A DNA stretch of 64,000 bases from the NCBI GenBank assembly GCA_035254545.1, contig DATFAP010000010.1:5286-69285 (forward strand), given 5' to 3'. A program made the position numbers and the translations under genes. Source of the stretch: Sediminibacterium sp. GTDB lineage: Bacteria; Bacteroidota; Bacteroidia; Chitinophagales; Chitinophagaceae. Position 1 is the first letter of the stretch, and each line of letters opens with the position of its first letter. Below are positions 54,601-61,600 of the stretch, in pieces. The notes under the pieces were generated by a model. The model saw only the letters and a list, made by a program, of their open reading frames with translations, had not been told where the DNA came from and did not search any database.

Positions 54601-57525
54601 ATGGATCATTTTTTAAGGGATTTGCAGCAGGAATTTGCCGGAGAGATCTATTTTGATTCCTCCCCGGGCCACGAGGTTCAGTTGATGGCGTACGCTACGG
54701 ACGCATCTGTATACCAGGAAAAACCCACGGCCGTTGCATTACCCAAAACAACGGAAGATATTCAGCGCCTGGTTCGCTTTGCCGGACAGCATGCCATTAC
54801 CCTGATTCCGAGAGCGGCAGGTACATCACTTGCCGGACAGGTAGTAGGAAGCGGGATTGTAGTGGATATCTCCAAATATTTCAACCAGATTATAGAAGTG
54901 AATGTAGCCGAGAAATGGGTCCGGGTACAGGTGGGGGTAATCAGGGATGATTTGAATCATTACCTGAAAGGATTCGGATTGATGTTTGGTCCGGAAACTT
55001 CTACGGCCAGCAGGGCCATGATCGGGGGAATGATCGGGAATAATTCCTGCGGATTGCACAGCATTGTTTGGGGTGCGGCCCGGGATCATCTGCTGGAAGC
55101 AAAAGTGATTTTGAGTGATGGAACGGAAACCTTGTTTGGTGCGGAGGATCTGATGAATGCCCAGGTAGCGCCCGGGTTGAAGGGAAAGATCAGCAGTGAA
55201 TTATTTTCACTATTAAATACCCCCCGGCATCAGGACCTGATCCGGAATAATTTTCCGGCTGCTTCTGTAGTAAGAAGGAACTCGGGTTATGCACTCGACA
55301 ACCTGCTGGCAATGGAGCCATTTACCCCCGGCGGGCAGCCGTTCAATATCTGCAAACTGCTGGCAGGATCAGAAGGAACGCTGGCATTTATCACGGAGGT
55401 GAAACTAAATCTCCTGGACCTCCCTCCCCGGGAAGTGGGCGTGGTTTGTATTCACTGTAAATCGATCAACGAGTCATTAAGAGCTAATATCATTTGCCTG
55501 AAGCATGCACCAATGGCTTCCGAACTGGTAGATAAACTGATCATGGATTTCACCATTGATCACCCGGAGTATCATAAGAACCGTTTCTTTATTGAAGGAA
55601 ACCCTGAAGCCATCCTGATGGTGGAATTTATGGAACATACCCGTGACCGGCTGAGTGAAAAAATCAATGGGTTGATTGCGGATCTTCGGGTGAATCAGAT
55701 GGGATATGCCTATCCTGTTCTATACAATGCCGATACGAAATACGCCTGGGATATCCGAAAGGCAGGTCTGGGTTTGCTTCGCAACCTGAAAGGGGATGCC
55801 CAGCCGGTAAATTTAATTGAAGACTGTGCCGTTTCAACCGATGATTTACCCGACTACATCAACGATTTGCAGGTGATACTGGATCAGTACAAGGTGCGGG
55901 CCTCTTTCTATGCACATGCCGGTGCCGGTGAGTTGCATGTAGAGCCCATTGTGAACCTGAAATCCGATGAGGGGTTGAAACAGTTCAGGGGTATACTGAA
56001 AGACACGGCGGCATTGGTGAAGAAATACAATGGTTCGCTCTCCGGTGAACATGGAGACGGTCGTTTAAGAGGAGAGTTTATTCCCGATATGGTGGGCGAA
56101 GAAACCTATGAGTTGTTCCGGCAGGTAAAACATTGCTTTGATCCGCAGCGCTTATTTAATGCAGGAAAAATTACCGATACCCCGGCCATGGATACTCACC
56201 TGCGTGTGAACCCGGCCAATCGATCCTCTGTTGGTAAAACCCTGTTTGATTTTTCGGAAGACGGGGGGATACTCCGGCTTGCAGAAAAATGCTCTGGTTC
56301 CGGAGATTGCCGTAAGTCGGAGATCAGCGGCGGACTGATGTGTCCAAGTTATATGGCAACCAGGAGCGAGAAGAACACAACCCGTGCAAGGGCCAATATC
56401 TTAAGACAGTTTCTGGGTAATGCCAATGATCTTTACCCGTACAACCACAACGAAATCAAGGAGGCGATGGACCTTTGCCTGAGTTGTAAAGGCTGTAAGA
56501 TTGAATGTCCGTCCGGTGTGGATATCACTAAAATGAAGGCAGAGTTTCTGCAGCATTATTACGATAAGAACGGCACACCTTTCCGGGCAAAAATGATTGG
56601 CAACTTTGTATCGCAGATGAAGCTTGCCAGTGCTTTTGCACCTGTATATAATTTTATCTTCAGCAACGAAGCCCTGCGAAAGATGGCCAATAAAATGGTT
56701 GGGTTTCATCCAGAACGGAGTATTCCGCTGCTCCCCAAAACGAGGCTGCTGCAATGGTTCGGGAAACGTGTTGCAGGAACAGCCCATGCAGGAACTGTTC
56801 TGTTGTTCTGCGACGAGTTTACCAATTTTCTGGATGTAGCCGTTGGTCAGAAAGCCATTCTGCTACTCGAAGCATTGGGCTACCGGATCATGATTCCGGA
56901 TCATAAGGAAAGCGGCAGAACCTATTTATCAAAGGGCCTGGTCCGGAAAGCGGCTGCGGTGGCCAATCACAATATTGCGCGGTTGGCACCATTGGTTTCC
57001 GATAACCTGCCCATCATTGGTATAGAACCTTCGGCTGTGTTAACACTGAGAGATGAATACATTGATCTGGCCGATGAAAATAATAAGACCAATGCCCGGT
57101 ACCTGGCTAAACATACGTACACGATAGAGGAGTTTATTGCGAGTGAAATGGAAAAAGGCAAGATTCGTTCATCGTCTTTCTGTCAGGAAAAAAAGGAGGT
57201 TTTTCTGCACGGGCACTGCTACCAGAAAGTATTGTCTTCGCAGGATCCGATAAAAAAAATCCTGAGCCTTCCAGCCAATTATGAGGTGAATGTGATTCCT
57301 TCCGGATGCTGTGGTATGGCAGGGGCTTTTGGATATGAAAAAGAACATTACGAGGTATCGCAACAGGTGGGGGAGCTGGTATTGTTTCCAGCCGTTCGCA
57401 AATTGAGTCCGGATCATATTGTAGCAGCCGCAGGTACCTCCTGCAGGCACCAGATCAAAGATGGCACAGGCGTTGCGGCAATGCACCCGGTGGAGATTCT
57501 GTACGATGCTTTACTGAGCCGCTAA
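54601..57525 (+). CDS. FAD-linked oxidase fused to an Fe-S/CCG-domain oxidoreductase (YdiJ/GlcD-GlcF-fusion-like 2-hydroxyacid dehydrogenase)
   Basis: N-terminal FAD_binding_4 (RAAGTSLAGQ). Central CxxCxxC Fe-S motifs (CLSCKGCKIECP). C-terminal Cys-rich repeats (GHCYQK, SGCCGMAG). Confidence 0.8.
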   Translation: MDHFLRDLQQEFAGEIYFDSSPGHEVQLMAYATDASVYQEKPTAVALPKTTEDIQRLVRFAGQHAITLIPRAAGTSLAGQVVGSGIVVDISKYFNQIIEVNVAEKWVRVQVGVIRDDLNHYLKGFGLMFGPETSTASRAMIGGMIGNNSCGLHSIVWGAARDHLLEAKVILSDGTETLFGAEDLMNAQVAPGLKGKISSELFSLLNTPRHQDLIRNNFPAASVVRRNSGYALDNLLAMEPFTPGGQPFNICKLLAGSEGTLAFITEVKLNLLDLPPREVGVVCIHCKSINESLRANIICLKHAPMASELVDKLIMDFTIDHPEYHKNRFFIEGNPEAILMVEFMEHTRDRLSEKINGLIADLRVNQMGYAYPVLYNADTKYAWDIRKAGLGLLRNLKGDAQPVNLIEDCAVSTDDLPDYINDLQVILDQYKVRASFYAHAGAGELHVEPIVNLKSDEGLKQFRGILKDTAALVKKYNGSLSGEHGDGRLRGEFIPDMVGEETYELFRQVKHCFDPQRLFNAGKITDTPAMDTHLRVNPANRSSVGKTLFDFSEDGGILRLAEKCSGSGDCRKSEISGGLMCPSYMATRSEKNTTRARANILRQFLGNANDLYPYNHNEIKEAMDLCLSCKGCKIECPSGVDITKMKAEFLQHYYDKNGTPFRAKMIGNFVSQMKLASAFAPVYNFIFSNEALRKMANKMVGFHPERSIPLLPKTRLLQWFGKRVAGTAHAGTVLLFCDEFTNFLDVAVGQKAILLLEALGYRIMIPDHKESGRTYLSKGLVRKAAAVANHNIARLAPLVSDNLPIIGIEPSAVLTLRDEYIDLADENNKTNARYLAKHTYTIEEFIASEMEKGKIRSSSFCQEKKEVFLHGHCYQKVLSSQDPIKKILSLPANYEVNVIPSGCCGMAGAFGYEKEHYEVSQQVGELVLFPAVRKLSPDHIVAAAGTSCRHQIKDGTGVAAMHPVEILYDALLSR

Positions 57526-57559
57526 GGATGTTTTTGTTTAACTTTAAGCAAATTGCAAC

Positions 57560-58348
57560 ATGAAAAGAGTCGGCTATGTATTATCCGGTGGAGGTACCAG
57601 GGGCTTTGCCCATCTGGGCATTATCAAATACCTGGAAGAGCTGAAGATTTATCCCCATGCTATCTCCGGAACCAGCGCCGGTTCTATTGCCGGTAGCCTC
57701 TATGCTGCCGGGAAAAACCCGGAGGAAATCCTGAAGATCATGAAAGACAATATCTTTTTTGGCTGGAGCAGCATTAACTTCAGACAGAACGGATTTTTGT
57801 CGATGGATATGCTGCGTAAAGTACTGAAGGGCATTTTTTTGGAGGACGATTTTAAGGCGCTCAAAATGCCTTTTTATGCCACGGCAACGGACCTGAACAA
57901 AGGGAAAGAAATAACTTTTTCGGAGGGTCCTCTGGTGGAAGCCATTATTGCATCCTGTTCTGTTCCGGTGGTATTTAATTCGGTACAAATGGGCAATCAT
58001 CTTCTTGTAGACGGGGGACTGGTGAATAATTTTCCGGTGGAACCCCTGCTCAGTAATTGCGATATTATTATTGGCTCCTATGTAAATAAGCTGGAAGAAG
58101 GTATCAGCAATCATTCTTCTTTTAAGATCGTGAATTATATGGATCGGTGTTTTCACCTGGCCATTTCGAAGAATGTTTATGCGAAAACACATTTGTGTGA
58201 TGTGTTCATTGAAAGCCCGCTTCATGCATACAATATGTACGATGTAAAAGCGGCAGATGCTATTTTTGAAATCGGTTATACAACTGCCCGCAGCTATAAG
58301 GATGAACTGGATAAACTGGTGCAGCAACTGCAGGACCGTTATAAGTAA
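57560..58348 (+). CDS. patatin-like phospholipase
   Basis: GGGTRG oxyanion motif, GTSAG nucleophile elbow and DGG catalytic Asp motif. Confidence 0.85.
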   Translation: MKRVGYVLSGGGTRGFAHLGIIKYLEELKIYPHAISGTSAGSIAGSLYAAGKNPEEILKIMKDNIFFGWSSINFRQNGFLSMDMLRKVLKGIFLEDDFKALKMPFYATATDLNKGKEITFSEGPLVEAIIASCSVPVVFNSVQMGNHLLVDGGLVNNFPVEPLLSNCDIIIGSYVNKLEEGISNHSSFKIVNYMDRCFHLAISKNVYAKTHLCDVFIESPLHAYNMYDVKAADAIFEIGYTTARSYKDELDKLVQQLQDRYK

Positions 58349-58541
58349 AAGAACTTATATAAAATTTTTAAGGAACCGGAGCATGACCTTGATCTGGAAG
58401 AAACCCGCCTGCATAAATTAAAGATTTTTCAGATACCAAAACGCTGAAAACGCAGCCCGGGATGTTAACAACATATTTGTAGTAAGATATCTACGGCTGT
58501 CTTTTTTTACCAAAAACGGTGCTTGTTGTAGGTTTGAGGGG

Positions 58542-58549
58542 TAAATTTG
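58542..58549 (+). promoter_or_regulatory. candidate Bacteroidota -7 box TAAATTTG (TAnnTTTG) upstream of the giant ORF
   Basis: Exact match to the TAnnTTTG consensus, 66 nt upstream of the ATG at 58615. TTG motifs at 58523-58528 are a possible -33 element. Confidence 0.3.
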
Positions 58550-58614
58550 TACCAGAATCAATCCCCCGATTGTTGATCCCTGTAAAATCTAATATCACTG
58601 ATAGCGGAAATGGA

Positions 58615-61600
58615 ATGGCTGTTATGCAATGGCGCATGCAATTCATTCGTGCAATGATGGTATTGGTACTGTTGTTTTTATCGGGCACCCGACTAACGGC
58701 TCAGTGCGGAACAGGTACATCTGCAATCTACACATTTGATTTTTCCGCAGCAAAAGATACCACCCAATCAATTGATGCTGCAAGAAACGGTACAGCCTGT
58801 GTTGGAACCTCCGGCAGCGATAATAACTGTATACGATTTAATGTAATGCTGAATCCGGGGTCGGATCTCCTGAATTTTTCAACCAGCCAGATTACGGGTG
58901 CCAGTTTTTATTCCATTGATTGCGGCCCCTTGATCCCGATTGGCACGCCTGCCTGTATTACCGGTAAAACCAGTGTATGTATTTCATTCTGTAAACCCGG
59001 TTCTAATTCCGTTACTTACACCCTCACCGCCTCCAGCATTATCAAAGGATCTGCAGATCTTTTACTGCGCCAGAATTGTTCTGGTACACTGAGTGTGACC
59101 GGGGTAACTGCTGCAACCGTAAACTGGACATCGGTTTATCCGGGCGTGGCCGGTAGTTACAACAACTATTTAAGTGCGGTTACCGGAGCAACTTCTGTTA
59201 CGGTAACCCCTCAGACAGGTGCGCCTGCATATATTGATTATGAGGTAAGTGGTACAGGTACCTGTACCGGGCTGAGAAGAGATACCATTCGCGTTTATAC
59301 CGTAGCTCCCATGACTGTTGCGGTTACGCCTGTCAATCCTACCATCTGTTCCGGAAGCAGTGTTGAACTTACCACTACCGTAACCGGGGGAAATGCTCCT
59401 TATACCTATTCATGGAATACGGGTGCTGTTACTGCTTCCATTACCACAAGTGTAGCGGGAACCTATACCATATCGGTGAATGACAATACGGTTGGCTGCC
59501 CTGCTGTTACTGCAAGCGCTGTGGTAACTTCTTCAACTACTCCGGTAGCACCAACTGCAAGCGGAACATCCGTTTGTTATGGAAGCACGGCAACAGTAAC
59601 GGCCACTGCACCGGGTGGATCTTATCAATGGTTTGATGCGGCATCCGGAGGTAACCTGCTCACAGCCGCCCCTGCTTATACCACACCTGCATTAACCGCT
59701 GCCACAACTTATTATGTACAAACAACCGTAAATGGTTGTACCAGTCCGAGAGCATCGGTAGCGGTAGGGGTTACACCTGTTCCTGTTGCACCTACAGTTG
59801 CACCATCCACTGTTTGCGAAGGAACAACCGCAACAATAAATGCTACCGCGCCGGGAGGAACCTATGAATGGTACAACGCTGCATCCGGGGGAACCCTGCT
59901 TGCAACAGGGTCCGGTTATACAACGCCATCATTGAGCGCATCAACTATTTATTATGTGCAATCCACCATTGCCGGTTGTACAGGTCCCAGAAGTGGTGTA
60001 GCCATTACGGTTACACCCCTGCCTGCCAACCCAACGGCCAATGCGCCTTCCATTTGTAGTGGTAATACAGGTACATTGACCGCACTCACACCTGGAGGAA
60101 CTTATCGCTGGTACGATGCACCAACCGCCGGTACACTGCTTGGTACGGGCGCTGCATATAATACAACTGTCTTATTAACCAATACCACCTATTATTTATC
60201 TGCAGAAGTAAACGGTTGTTTAAGCACTGCGAGAACCGCTGTGGAAATGGTGGTGAATCCAACACCCGTTGCACCTACTGCCTCAGGAACAACCATTTGT
60301 TCAGGTACAACTGCAACTTTAACTGCTTCTGCTCCGGGAGGAACCTATCGTTGGTATACTGCTGCATCCGGGGGAACCCTGCTTTCAACCGGAACAGGTT
60401 ATATAACCCCTTCCTTATTAACCGGTACCACGTACTATGTAGATGCTACCTCTGCAGCAGGATGTACCGGTACAAGAACACCGGTGGTGGTTAATGTTAC
60501 ACCGTTTGAGGATCCGGCATTTACTTACAGTGGAGGTACTTTTTGTGTTTCCGGCGCTACCAATCCCAGTCCGGTGATCATGGGCGGAGCAACCGGTGTA
60601 TTCAGTGCAACACCTGCAGGATTGGACATTGACCCATCTACAGGTACAATCACCTTATCAACCAGTGCGGTCAATTTATATACCATCACATTTGTAACGG
60701 GAGGCGCATGTGCTTATACCAGCAGTGCTGCTGTCCGGATCATCAATACTACACCGGATGCAACCTTCAGTTATGTTACTCCGCTATGCGTGATGCAAAC
60801 AAATCCGCTTCCCGGATTTGCTGCCGGTGCAAGTGCAGGTGTATTCTCTTCAGGAGCCGGGTTGGTTTTTAATAATAATACCACGGGCGAAATTGATCTG
60901 GCTAACAGTGCCCCGGGAAACTATATTGTTACCAATATTATTCCTGCTGCAGCAGGTTGCAGCGGAGCTACAGCAACTTATGATATTGTAATTAATCCAA
61001 GGGCCACTGCCAACGCTGGCGTTGATCAGTTGGTATGCGAGGGTACAACTGTTGACCTGAACGGTCTAGTAAGTGGCGCCGCTTCTTCCGGTAGCTGGTC
61101 GGTGGTTTCAGGAACAGGCAGTTTTTCCGATGCGGCCCAACTGGCCACCCGCTTTAGCCCGGCAGTTGGCACCATGCAGGCAATTCTGCAGCTGACCTCC
61201 AACGATCCGGACAATGTTGGACCCTGTACGGTAGCAACAGATCAGGTGGTTATTTCGTTCAATCCATTGCCGGCTGCTCCGGGAGTGAGCAATGCGACGA
61301 TCTGCTCCAATACCAACGCAACACTGACCGCTTACTCGCCTGGTGGCACGTATAAATGGTATGATGCCTCCTCTTCGGGGAACTTACTGTTTTCCGGAAC
61401 AACATACAATACACCTGTTCTTCAGTCGAATACTGTTTATTATGTAAGCGCAACTTCTGCAGCATCCTGCGAAGGGCCGAGGACCGCCGTAACAGTTGCC
61501 GTAACTCCACGGCCTGTTATCACAAGCGCTTCCGCCGGAGCTATCTGTACAGCCACTTCGCCTGCGTATACCATTACCAGTGATCTTGCAGGAAGCAGTT

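Noticed and set aside
57581-58327. 248-aa minus-strand ORF
   Set aside because: It is antisense to the patatin gene, which has all three catalytic motifs. Shadow ORF.
57560-58348. Patatin phospholipase considered as an effector of a CBASS-like or other defence system
   Set aside because: No cyclase, nucleotidyltransferase, sensor or other defence-associated gene is adjacent. The neighbours are a housekeeping dehydrogenase and a surface protein.
58491-58688. 65-aa minus-strand ORF over the start of the giant gene
   Set aside because: It overlaps the signal-peptide coding region and the candidate promoter of the giant ORF. No supporting features.
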